Part shown: positions 34,656-43,993 of the stretch, piece by piece
How positions within the stretch are numbered: the stretch's first letter is position 1
How the letters are laid out: each line of letters begins with the position of its first letter
Source: Candidatus Helarchaeota archaeon
Lineage (GTDB): Archaea > Asgardarchaeota > Lokiarchaeia > Helarchaeales > RDOG01
Assembly: GCA_029838215.1 (NCBI GenBank)
Contig: JALGVI010000003.1
Location: 1 to 64,000 of the forward strand
Direction: 5' to 3'
DNA: 64,000 nucleotides
The notes under the pieces: model-generated
What the model saw: the letters and a program-made list of their open reading frames with translations, nothing else
Told to the model about the DNA's origin: nothing
The model's database searches: none
Program-made: the position numbers and the translations under genes

Positions 34656-35600
34656 TTAACTCTTTCTTTCAAATATTTCCTGAATGAATTCGGCAATTCG
34701 AGTTATCGCCTTTCGTCCTTCTGGAATAAGTGCCGCAAAAAGTTGCCACGCATGGATCATTTCGTCCCAAACTTCGAGCGTCACGTCCATTCCTGCAGCT
34801 CTTGCACGTTCTGCCATTCGAGTTGAATCATCCAGAATGACTTCAGAAGTTCCAACTTGTATCAATATGGGCGGTAAATCGCGAAAATCTCCATATAATG
34901 GTGAAATATACGGATTTCGACTATCCTGTCCCTTTCCATACAATTTTGAATAGAAATGCAGGACTTCAGGAGTGATGAACGGATCAATATCTGCTTTTGT
35001 TCGTACTGATTCTCCTGTAACTGCTAAATCCGTCCACGGTGAAAGACAGATGCCCGCTGCAGGTATTGGTTCTCCAATATCGCGTAATTTCATGAGTGTT
35101 GCCAGTGTCAAGCCGCCTCCCGCAGATTCCCCAGCAATGACCACGTTTTTTGGTTCAATACCTCCTTCCGAAACTAGCCATTTATACGATTTCACGGCAT
35201 CATCTAATGCGGCAGGGAAGGGATTTTCTGGTGCGAGCCTATAATCAATTAAAAATGCTCGAGTTCGTGCTTCACGAGATAGGCGCGCGACGAACTCCCG
35301 ATGTGTTTTGATAGAGCCACAAATATATCCTCCTCCATGTAAGTACAAAATTACTCTATGTGTTTCTACTCCCGGAGCCGTAATCCACTCAACAGGTAAT
35401 CCATTCACGTCAAAAGATTCGCATTTCACGTCTTTCGGGAGTTGGAGCATTGCCGTTAGTTTTTCAAGGTATTCTCGAGTTTGTTCTACTGACGGAATTT
35501 CGCCTCGAACTTGGTTCTTGCGTAGCATGCGGATTATCATTTTTAATTCCTTGCTAATCAAAAATCTCGCATCCTTCAGGTTTAATTTCCATTTATTCAT
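34656..35600 (-). CDS. Alpha/beta hydrolase, HSL-family esterase/lipase
   Basis: HGGG oxyanion motif, DYRLAPENPFPAALDD, GESAGG, D and H-A-W triad region. Confidence 0.92.
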   Translation of the reverse strand: MNKWKLNLKDARFLISKELKMIIRMLRKNQVRGEIPSVEQTREYLEKLTAMLQLPKDVKCESFDVNGLPVEWITAPGVETHRVILYLHGGGYICGSIKTHREFVARLSREARTRAFLIDYRLAPENPFPAALDDAVKSYKWLVSEGGIEPKNVVIAGESAGGGLTLATLMKLRDIGEPIPAAGICLSPWTDLAVTGESVRTKADIDPFITPEVLHFYSKLYGKGQDSRNPYISPLYGDFRDLPPILIQVGTSEVILDDSTRMAERARAAGMDVTLEVWDEMIHAWQLFAALIPEGRKAITRIAEFIQEIFERKS

Positions 35601-35821
35601 AAATTTCTCATGATTAAATTTATATTGATCGATCTTTCATGTAAAATCTTTTTGACGGGTGATCTCGTTCTCTTTGTAATTAGAATGACATGTAATGGAA
35701 GATTTTTTAAGGATTTCATGATTTTCGTCTCATTTGACGAATTGAAAAATTTATAAGTAAAATCTAAATGAGAATTCAAGTAAAATCTGATTATAAATTA
35801 AAAGACCCGAGAGTCATTATC

Positions 35822-36022
35822 ATGCCAAAAGAAATCACGGATGTTGAGAAATTTATTACACTTTCCAATGAAGCTAGTGAGTGCCGCGTGAAGCGTGTTA
35901 AAAATAAAGACGTTGTTAAATTGAAATTACGGACCAAGCGTTATCTTTATGTATTCAAAACCACGCCGGAAAAAGCAAAGGATATTACCGGCAAATTAAA
36001 TTGCGAGATCTTCGATGTCTAA
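35822..36022 (+). CDS. rpl38e: Ribosomal protein L38e (eL38)
   Basis: MPKEITD..KF, VKLKLRTKRYLY. ATG 35822 is preferred over the track's 35768. Confidence 0.9.
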   Translation: MPKEITDVEKFITLSNEASECRVKRVKNKDVVKLKLRTKRYLYVFKTTPEKAKDITGKLNCEIFDV

Positions 36023-37047
36023 ATCAGGATGCTTGCAAAGAAGATTAAAACGCAAGATAGTCCGAATAAACCAACTCCAAATGCCACGCTGAGTGGCAAT
36101 CCCGGCATGATTTTTCCGCTTTTTACCAGTATTCTAAATGTTATTTCTGCACCAATTATGACACCAATGAGGACGAGAAAAAAAGGAATGAGTGGGACGA
36201 TTATATTAAGCGGGAAGGGAAAGGCTCTTAGAAAATAGAAAAATGTCGTTCCAAATGGCTCGGTCCCAACGCTAATATTCAAGACATGCGAAGTAAGGAG
36301 CGTATAAAACACTAAATCTCCGATTCCAATTTGGTATTCTATTTCCATGTCATCAGGATCAGAAAAATGGACGTCTATTTCCTTTTTTTCTTCATCTTTT
36401 TCCCAATATTCAATCATTTCTTTGATGGGACCTTTTTTAACGGCATATATGTCCCAAAGGGAAAAAAACGCTAACATGATCAAAGCCGTCCACGTGGGTA
36501 GGAAAACACCGAGAAACGCGCCCAATCCGCCACCCAAGTAAAGGAGACAAATATTTTTCTGAAGTTGGGATGAATCTTCGGAAAATAGATATTTAGCGAC
36601 AAAATAACCTATTGTAGTGGATGCCCCTATGATAATTATAGTAATTACAAGATCGCCGATAAGGTATACGAATGGATGTAGTGGAAGAATGAATGGAATG
36701 CCGCTATATAACATGTAAAGGAAGAAAAATGTCATCACGGCAGTCGTAAATCCAAACATTATCATGAAAATTCTTCTCAGGAGTTTCTCCCGATCTGATT
36801 TTAGTAAGAACAGAATAAAGAGACCACCCGCGATCCCGATACCTAAGAGTAATAATGCACTAAGAAGCCCATATAAAGGAGCAAGGGGTCCCCCCCATGA
36901 TTCTGGAAAAATTGCAACTGAAGTTAACTCATTATTAGAAAAAACCATGATGAGAGTTAATATTGCTCCTATTCCAATACACGCTAAAATAGGGCGCAAT
37001 TTTTTATTATCCACGTGAAATGCGAGTTCTTCTGTAAATTGAACCAC
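36019..37047 (-). CDS. Presenilin-family (A22) intramembrane aspartyl protease
   Basis: Multiple TMs; WDIYAV (YD-equivalent), GIGDLVFY (GxGD) and PGLP (PAL-equivalent). Confidence 0.9.
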   Translation of the reverse strand: MVQFTEELAFHVDNKKLRPILACIGIGAILTLIMVFSNNELTSVAIFPESWGGPLAPLYGLLSALLLLGIGIAGGLFILFLLKSDREKLLRRIFMIMFGFTTAVMTFFFLYMLYSGIPFILPLHPFVYLIGDLVITIIIIGASTTIGYFVAKYLFSEDSSQLQKNICLLYLGGGLGAFLGVFLPTWTALIMLAFFSLWDIYAVKKGPIKEMIEYWEKDEEKKEIDVHFSDPDDMEIEYQIGIGDLVFYTLLTSHVLNISVGTEPFGTTFFYFLRAFPFPLNIIVPLIPFFLVLIGVIIGAEITFRILVKSGKIMPGLPLSVAFGVGLFGLSCVLIFFASILI

Positions 37048-37156
37048 CTACGTGCAGGTCTTTCATCCTTCAACATGTCAATGAATTTAATAAACATGAA
37101 TCGTTGGTCAATCAATAAGAACCCACATTCTTAAGTCTTCAGGAGATATCATTTAC

Positions 37157-37714
37157 ATGAAAAAGAATTTATTGCTCGTGAAGTTTGGATGGCTACCCGA
37201 TGAATTGATGGAATTCCTGCGAACAAAATTACTGGAACATTTTGCCGGGCTTATTACTGACGTTTCGAGTCATAAAAAGACTTTAAGACTTCCGAGTCAT
37301 GCTCATGATTTCGAACGAGATCAATACCTTGCAAATGACTTGATTGAAGAACTAATAATTATTGCAAAAAAAAGGAAATCATTCAGGACTCTCGGGATCA
37401 CGCGGGCAGATCTTTATACTGAAGATTATAATTTCATATTTGGCATGGCTGAATCCCATGACATTCCTGGTCCGAAAGTTGCGGTGATCTCCACGTGTCG
37501 TCTTTCAAATGAGTTCTGGAATGAGCCATATAACAAAGATCTTTTTCATGAACGAACCATAAAAGAAGCCATTCATGAACTGGGGCATACATTCGGACTC
37601 AAACATTGCTCCGATAACTGCATAATGAGGTTTTCCAATTCCATCCTTGATACGGATGCAAAGCCAAAGACATTCTGTGCAATTTGTCAAAAAAAGCTTT
37701 ACCACGTTAAGTAA
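37157..37714 (+). CDS. amzA: Archaemetzincin (M54) Zn protease
   Basis: NFIFG, HELGHTFGLKHC...CIMRFSNS...FCAIC. Confidence 0.92.
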   Translation: MKKNLLLVKFGWLPDELMEFLRTKLLEHFAGLITDVSSHKKTLRLPSHAHDFERDQYLANDLIEELIIIAKKRKSFRTLGITRADLYTEDYNFIFGMAESHDIPGPKVAVISTCRLSNEFWNEPYNKDLFHERTIKEAIHELGHTFGLKHCSDNCIMRFSNSILDTDAKPKTFCAICQKKLYHVK

Positions 37715-39008
37715 ATGCGTCCCCAACTTTTGGTGAAAATGCCTGAATCTTGTATTCTTCTTCTATGAATGCAGCAAATTCGTTGCATGAATTTTCTTCT
37801 CCGTGCATGCAAAATATCTTCGCATCATCGGTAAAATCAAGAGAGTTGATGAATTCCATCAATAGAGGACGATCGCTGTGAGAACTAAAGTTGAACTGCC
37901 TTATTCGCCCTTCCACTTTCAAGTTTTTCTCTAGACTTCTTGAATTAAAATGTCCTGTATCGAGCAATATTCGTCCCGGCGAATCTTCGATCTGATAAGA
38001 AACTACAAAAATGCCTGCGTTTTCATCGTCATACAGGTGTTCCAAGTAAAGAACAACAATTCCTCCTTTGAGCATTCCGCTAGGAGCAATGATGACCCCA
38101 GGTCGGTTTAATGCTTGCATGCGCTCTTCTCGTTTCCTTCGATTGAATGAAATTAGCTTTGATTTTTGTAACGAAGACAAAAATAAATCGTAATCTCGAA
38201 CTGATTCGGGGTGATCTCTGATGATCCTCGACGATTTACGGGCCATGCCATCGATCGTGATGTTGCTATTAATGCCATACTTATTCAAAACAAGCAAGAT
38301 TTCTTGTGACCGTGCAACACCAAATGCAGGACACAAAACAATTCCATCATTTTCTAAAACGTTCTTGACTTCATTAATGAAGTCCTTTTCCGTTTCTTCT
38401 CGAGGTGGGTGTGTTTCAAGTGCGTAAGTACTTTCAATGAGTAGATAATCAATCGGCGGAAGATCGTGCGAATTATTGATGAAATTTTCCATTACTAATT
38501 GAGTTTTCGTTTGGTTCATGTCACCCGTATACAAGATCCGTTTTCCATCAATTTCAAGGAGAATGCAGGCACTTCCTGGAATGTGTCCCGCATCCAGCAA
38601 CGTCAGCTTCGTATTTTTATGGGAAATCTCGTGGTCATAGTTGAGCATCCGGGTATTCTTGAGAAACCGCCTCATCTCCTCACGCTCAAATGGCAGTAGA
38701 TCCTTAGAGATACGCAATGTATCATCAATGAGCAAGGCAGTGAGATCTTTTGTAACGGGAGTCATTATGGTTTCAGGTGTTGCTCTCCCACCGTATAACA
38801 GGGGTAGACCACAACTATGATCAGCGTGACAGTGTGAAAGTACCACATACTTTAGGTCTTTTGCAGACGGTGTTTTCGGAAACTTCGGGTGTTTTTTTTC
38901 CATGTAAATTCCGAAGTCGCATAAGACGGATTTTCCATCAGAGCTCTGAATCTCAACTGCAGAGCCACCAATTTGCCGGCACCCACCGAGAAACTTTATT
39001 TCAACCAA
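37707..39008 (-). CDS. MBL/beta-CASP ribonuclease (CPSF73/aCPSF-like, no KH domains)
   Basis: GGCRQIGGS, HCHADH, AGHIPGS, YTGD, ESTY, SGMLKGG, FSSHSD, HGE. Confidence 0.88.
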   Translation of the reverse strand: MVEIKFLGGCRQIGGSAVEIQSSDGKSVLCDFGIYMEKKHPKFPKTPSAKDLKYVVLSHCHADHSCGLPLLYGGRATPETIMTPVTKDLTALLIDDTLRISKDLLPFEREEMRRFLKNTRMLNYDHEISHKNTKLTLLDAGHIPGSACILLEIDGKRILYTGDMNQTKTQLVMENFINNSHDLPPIDYLLIESTYALETHPPREETEKDFINEVKNVLENDGIVLCPAFGVARSQEILLVLNKYGINSNITIDGMARKSSRIIRDHPESVRDYDLFLSSLQKSKLISFNRRKREERMQALNRPGVIIAPSGMLKGGIVVLYLEHLYDDENAGIFVVSYQIEDSPGRILLDTGHFNSRSLEKNLKVEGRIRQFNFSSHSDRPLLMEFINSLDFTDDAKIFCMHGEENSCNEFAAFIEEEYKIQAFSPKVGDAFT

Positions 39009-39132
39009 GAATCATCATCAACATAACTTAAAATCAATTATCAGTGAAAAAAAGAAAGGAAGTTTTTTTAATTTATTCCCATGTTTCTTTTCAAGCATTG
39101 TAAAGTAAAAAAAAATGGCGAAACCGTGTTTT

Positions 39133-40026
39133 TTAACCATAGAAATTGAGATTTACTTTCGATGGCGCTTTCTTTATACCCAGTTCTTCTTGGATCGTTT
39201 CCTTTTCATCGTTGAGTTTAGTTTCCATCACGAGTATGTTATCTTCTGAAAATTCCGTTTCAATGGGCAGGTTGAAATGCTCTCCCATCATCGTGATTAA
39301 AGCCATGGATGCCTTCAAATCATAAGTTTCTTGTTGCATCGCCTGATATCCGTCTGTTTCTGCAAGAAAGACCAAACCATCAATATCGTGGTTGCGTTTT
39401 GCCAGCGTGGGAATCAGTCCGTTTGCACCAATAACAACACCCTTACCGATTTTTTTCACGTTTCCGCGAGCATATTTTTCAAGAAGTTCTTTATCGGTCG
39501 CCGTGGCTTGAATCTTGGCTCCATTTCTTAATTGTTTGCCATCTACAGGAAATCCTCCCAAGGCCATTATCAATTTAACGTTAAATTCAGCCATGACGCT
39601 TGCAATGAATGTAGAAAGATGATAAATACCCTTGGGAGACATGGGTTGGGCATCTGCCGTAACCAATAAGACGTCTTGCTTTTCTTCAGGATCTTTCCAA
39701 TAATAAACCTCTGCCTTTGGCGCATAAAGAAGAGAATCGCTTATGATTGCACCTGCGGGATAATCATCAAAAATTATATCCATTATCTTTTCAGCATTTA
39801 ACGTGTTAACAAGATGATCGAGACTCATTTTTCCAATGTCTGCCACTCCTGGCATTCCTAAAATACAAAGTGGATTTTTGGGTTCCACTTGCTTCAAATC
39901 TTTTCTATTTATTCCTAACATGTCAAAACCTTCCATTTCCTTCAATTGCGTGAATGATTTTTTCGAAGAGGGACATACCCCCTCACCTTGATTTCCAGTG
40001 GAACAGGGTTCGGGTTTCTTCATCAT
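39133..40026 (-). CDS. PAC2-family proteasome assembly chaperone
   Basis: GMPGVADIGK, LLVTADAQP, LGGF, GANGLI, LAET. The true start may be Met at 39936 or 39921. Confidence 0.85.
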   Translation of the reverse strand: MMKKPEPCSTGNQGEGVCPSSKKSFTQLKEMEGFDMLGINRKDLKQVEPKNPLCILGMPGVADIGKMSLDHLVNTLNAEKIMDIIFDDYPAGAIISDSLLYAPKAEVYYWKDPEEKQDVLLVTADAQPMSPKGIYHLSTFIASVMAEFNVKLIMALGGFPVDGKQLRNGAKIQATATDKELLEKYARGNVKKIGKGVVIGANGLIPTLAKRNHDIDGLVFLAETDGYQAMQQETYDLKASMALITMMGEHFNLPIETEFSEDNILVMETKLNDEKETIQEELGIKKAPSKVNLNFYG

Positions 40027-40349
40027 GGGTCATCACGCAACTTTTTCTGCTTGAGATCAATAATGATAGAAACATATTAGAAGGTGAGTATGATCGTAGT
40101 AGATCCCTGGTAGATACCCTTGTATTCCCAAGATAATACAAAACGAGTCCGACCTAAAATCACCTAGATCTTGAAAAATTCTCTAATAAAGAAGAGAAGA
40201 GGGGGTCTGAAATTTTAGAAATCTTTAATGATTTGAAGAAGAGAATTTGCTTGAATCATTAATTTTTTATATGGCAAAATAAAAGATTAAAATAATGCCA
40301 TCTATGGCATTAGATCCTGTCATTAAAGAATAACTGGGATGTTACAAAA

Positions 40350-41012
40350 ATGAGTGGAGTATCTTCTGAAGTTTTAGACTATTGTAAATCGAAATCCATT
40401 ACCATTTTTGTTATTTTTCTAATAGGCTTCATACTAAACTACGTGTCAATTTATTTTTCCATTTTTTCAATGATATTTAATTTGATGGGTTTCGGTAGCA
40501 AGATGTCCATGCCAATCATCAGATATGTCTTGTTGCCGATGATGTCAACAATTTCACTGGTGGTTACAATTTGTGTTGGGGTTTTAAATTTAATCGCGGT
40601 CATCTTACAGTTAAATCTCCTAAAGAATGGATTATATGATTTAATGATGGATGATCACGAAAGTAATTATGGAAATGCCCGGAAATGGTTCAAGTTTGCA
40701 CCCGTGGTGATGTCGTTTTCATTAGCTATAATGATAATGATGAACGTGGTTTACGATACAGTTGGTTATAGTAGCAACATAATTATATCCATGATAGTTC
40801 TCGGGGTGTTAATTTCACTTTTAATCCTACTAATTCCGTTGATATTGTTTGCAATATTTATGATAATCGGTCTGGTATATTATGGCATCTATGTATTCCA
40901 ACTTGGAGACGATCATGGTGTGACGATTTTTAAGCCTGCAGGTATCTTGATGATTTTCTTTCCATTCATCGGTTTTCTATTGTTATACATTGGAATCAAG
41001 AGGCTTTATTGA
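40350..41012 (+). CDS. Multi-pass membrane protein (DUF973/DUF996-like)
   Basis: At least five hydrophobic segments; C-terminal AGILMIFFPFIGFLLLYIG. Confidence 0.6.
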   Translation: MSGVSSEVLDYCKSKSITIFVIFLIGFILNYVSIYFSIFSMIFNLMGFGSKMSMPIIRYVLLPMMSTISLVVTICVGVLNLIAVILQLNLLKNGLYDLMMDDHESNYGNARKWFKFAPVVMSFSLAIMIMMNVVYDTVGYSSNIIISMIVLGVLISLLILLIPLILFAIFMIIGLVYYGIYVFQLGDDHGVTIFKPAGILMIFFPFIGFLLLYIGIKRLY

Positions 41013-41055
41013 TAAAAAACAAATCTTCTTTTTATATTGAAATGGATGTATCATC

Positions 41056-41850
41056 TTGTCTCCCCGCAAGAAATCGAAGAAAGAAATCGGAAATTTCGAA
41101 GAAGAGACCATGACACTCTTGAGAAAGGGAAAGGAAGCCAATGAATGCATTGATCTTGGGCGCAAATTCTTGAATGACGATCCAAATAGCGCGTTCGACT
41201 ACTTCCAAAAAGCCTTTGACTTGTATGAAGAAGTTCACAATACGATGGGACAAGCAAATGCCCTTCGTTATCTTGGATTGATTTATGGGCCGATCCAAAA
41301 AGACTGGGAAAATTGCCTGGATTGCTTACAACGTGCTTATGAGATTCATGCCAAAGTCAAGAATAAATTATTCATGGGGGAAGAAGTTCATAATATCGGA
41401 TATTGTTATTTTTATCTCAATAAATATGACGAAGCCATTGAACATTTCGAAAAATCCTTAAGAATTCATCAAGAGTTTGGAAACAACGATAGGGTTTCCG
41501 ATAGCCTCTCAAACTTGGGCTTCTTGTATAGAAAACTCGGTAATCTTGATAAATCCATTGAATATTATCAGCAATGCTATTCCATCGATTTAGAATTAGG
41601 TAATTCACATAAACAGGCTCAAGACTTGATTGACATGGCGGCAGTTCTTAGCATGAAAGGAGATCACGTCGAAGCATTGACTCGATTAGAGGAGGCACAT
41701 GATGTTCTGAATAAAACTGGTAATGAACTTGGACAAATAAAAGTAATTGAAGAAATTAAAAAAAACATCACTGAGATCGAAAATGAAACGAAACTTTCGC
41801 CTAAGATCAGACAGGCTATAGATAGAATCAAGAAAAAGTTTAAGATTTAA
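41056..41850 (+). CDS. Tetratricopeptide repeat protein
   Basis: Repeats such as ALRYLGLIY, HNIGYCYF...YDEAIEHFEKSL, LSNLGFLY...DKSIEYYQQC. Confidence 0.88.
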   Translation: MSPRKKSKKEIGNFEEETMTLLRKGKEANECIDLGRKFLNDDPNSAFDYFQKAFDLYEEVHNTMGQANALRYLGLIYGPIQKDWENCLDCLQRAYEIHAKVKNKLFMGEEVHNIGYCYFYLNKYDEAIEHFEKSLRIHQEFGNNDRVSDSLSNLGFLYRKLGNLDKSIEYYQQCYSIDLELGNSHKQAQDLIDMAAVLSMKGDHVEALTRLEEAHDVLNKTGNELGQIKVIEEIKKNITEIENETKLSPKIRQAIDRIKKKFKI

Positions 41851-41873
41851 TTTAAAAATCAAGAAAGAGTGCT

Positions 41874-42506
41874 TTATTTTCGAGGATAGAAGTATATTGT
41901 CAGTTCTCCTTTGTCATCGCCTCTTAAGAAACATTTTGTTTCTTTACAAACGATGTCGTAGTCATTTCCAACGTAGTCTTCGAAGCTCTGAACCGTGGCA
42001 CCCCCTAATGCCGTAAGGATTTTAGCATATTCCTGATCTTCGAGGTCTTCTCCGGTAATGTGATCGAGACCGACACAAAGAGGGCATTTTTTTAATCCTA
42101 TTGTAACCTTCGTGATTCCATCTTCTGCTTCTTCGGAAGGGATTAATTTTGGCTTATCAAACAGTTTCCACGTATTCTTGCCTGCTAAAGAGTATAATGC
42201 CCAGTCGAGTCTCATTGGTACTTCTGAGATGTCCTTCGATAACAACATTGCCATCTTGAATCCGCCTATGATTGGATTTTCAAGCAAATCCGTCATTAAA
42301 TCTGCGGCTTCACCCCGTGCCGCATCCCCGAGCACCTTCAGTGCTTTCGGGAGACTTCCGTCCAAAACAGATTGATATTCTTCAATTGTTGCTTGAACGA
42401 CTAACGATGTCAGAAGAAGGCTGATCTTGTCACTTCGCCTGTAAAAAAGACGCTTTCCCAAATTTGCTAAATGTTTCTTAAACCAACTTAATTTTTCTGG
42501 AACCAT
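41874..42506 (-). CDS. V4R-fold (TRAPP/Bet3-related superfamily) protein
   Basis: CPLC, then CKETKCFLRGDDKGELTI terminal V4R signature. Confidence 0.65.
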   Translation of the reverse strand: MVPEKLSWFKKHLANLGKRLFYRRSDKISLLLTSLVVQATIEEYQSVLDGSLPKALKVLGDAARGEAADLMTDLLENPIIGGFKMAMLLSKDISEVPMRLDWALYSLAGKNTWKLFDKPKLIPSEEAEDGITKVTIGLKKCPLCVGLDHITGEDLEDQEYAKILTALGGATVQSFEDYVGNDYDIVCKETKCFLRGDDKGELTIYFYPRK

Positions 42507-42507
42507 C

Positions 42508-43053
42508 TCATTGCCTCCTTTTGACTTTTAATTCAACCTCGCAGTAAGGATCACCGCTCCCCATGCTTTTAATAACACTTGCAGAAAAGGACTCAAACGG
42601 AAATACTGAAGGATTTTTTATCGAAATAAGGCTGTTTAAATACCCTTCGATGAATCCCGATACAGGAGAACAATAATGCATTCCTTCTAAGTCCAGTTCA
42701 GGCATGTCCTTGCATAACGTGCAATGTTTCGTGTATAAAGTATAGGTCGAGTCTTCCTTATTTTCTTTGATTTTATACTTCGGTCCCCAATAATTCATCA
42801 TTTCCTTGAGAACTTTCTTAATATTATCTGATTTAGGTGTGTGATATCGCGCAAATTTCGTAGATGTTTTTAACCCAATATTTATCAAGTGTTTGGATGC
42901 TTCTGCTGCTCCTTTATTACGGTAAAAGTAAGATAATACTACAGGATACACTATTTTCAATAATAAAGTCGATATTTTTATTTTCTTGAATTCTTGAGGA
43001 TCTCCTCTAATCGAAAGGTCCCGATCTGTCAATTCAATAATCTCCAAAATCAA
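42508..43053 (-). CDS. V4R-fold / Bet3-like protein
   Basis: LINIGLK, CTLC, YCSPVSGFIEGYL, KSMGSGDPYCEVEL. Confidence 0.7.
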   Translation of the reverse strand: MILEIIELTDRDLSIRGDPQEFKKIKISTLLLKIVYPVVLSYFYRNKGAAEASKHLINIGLKTSTKFARYHTPKSDNIKKVLKEMMNYWGPKYKIKENKEDSTYTLYTKHCTLCKDMPELDLEGMHYCSPVSGFIEGYLNSLISIKNPSVFPFESFSASVIKSMGSGDPYCEVELKVKRRQ

Positions 43054-43192
43054 TTATTTTATAATTAAAATTGATTTTACAATAAATCCTTTTCTAATTA
43101 TCAATGGTCTGACAGTGAACAGTATCATTTCGTGCACGAACTGGAAGCACAACAGACTTTAAAGCAAACGAAGCTGAACAATTGGTTACTTT

Positions 43193-43450
43193 TTATTCTG
43201 AAATTGAAATAATAATTTTTCTTGCCTTCTCATAAATTACTGCATTCAGCCACATTATTTCTGAAAGTTTTTCCAGGGAAGAAAGAGCGTCTTCTTTTTT
43301 TAGGATTCCATCCTTGACTGATTTTATTATCAAACCAATGCTACCAATTATGTCAATTCCCATTGCTTTAGCAAAGCTTCTAGCTGACTCATCGTCAATC
43401 AACAAGAGCAAATTTAATTCTTTTGCGAGCATTATTGCTTTAAAATCCAT
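43193..43450 (-). pseudogene. C-terminal fragment of a DUF3368 PIN-domain toxin
   Basis: AIMLAKEL..LLLIDD..AR..A...GI...GSIGL matches the second half of 54851-55423; the N-terminal PIN half is missing. Confidence 0.75.
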
Positions 43451-43740
43451 TTTAGATCCTTTTCAAGCTCTTTTTCGTCATAGTTGAACGGAATGTTTCT
43501 CATTCGAATTTCTTCTAATGCTTCTCGATATGTTATCCTTGCAATCTCAGCAGCCTTCCACAATGAGACTTTTTTTTCCCGATATATTTCCATTGCCTTT
43601 TTTATCCTATGTTTTTTCAAGGATTCTTGGATGAACCTCCGAATAATAGTCCCTTTATCTATTTATTCCTCCTTGCTGATCTTTTCTAATTCATCGATGA
43701 TTTCTTTTGAAAGTCTAACGGAAGTCGTGATCATTTTCAT
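43432..43740 (-). pseudogene. UPF0175-family antitoxin interrupted by an in-frame TAA
   Basis: MKMITTSVRLSKEIIDELEKISKEE*IDKGTIIRRFIQESLKKHRIKKAMEIYREKKVSLWKAAEIA...; stop at 43663-43665. Confidence 0.8.
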
Positions 43741-43993
43741 AAACGATATAATCTATCGTAATATTTTAGTTTTTCTTAAAAATTGAGACTTTAGACAAAT
43801 TAAATGTTTTTTTCGTCAATCTGGGAATAGAATGGAGAAGTACGTTATTCGTGATTTGTAAAAACAAGAAAAGATCTTTTTATCGAAAAAAAACATCAGT
43901 TCTGCCTTTTCTCCATAAAAAGAATAAGATTAAAAAATATATATTTAGTCATTTATATGGATATCCGATAATTAACGATTTTTGGGAACTCTG

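Noticed and set aside
34566-35600. Integrative element at tRNA-Val (or at tRNA-Arg, 50530-50607)
   Set aside because: I found no integrase and no duplicated tRNA 3' end (att site) in the window.
35768-35821. N-terminal extension of eL38 (likewise the track's extensions on eL21, Elf1, E1 and Pcm)
   Set aside because: The family N-termini match downstream ATGs, so these are longest-ORF artefacts.
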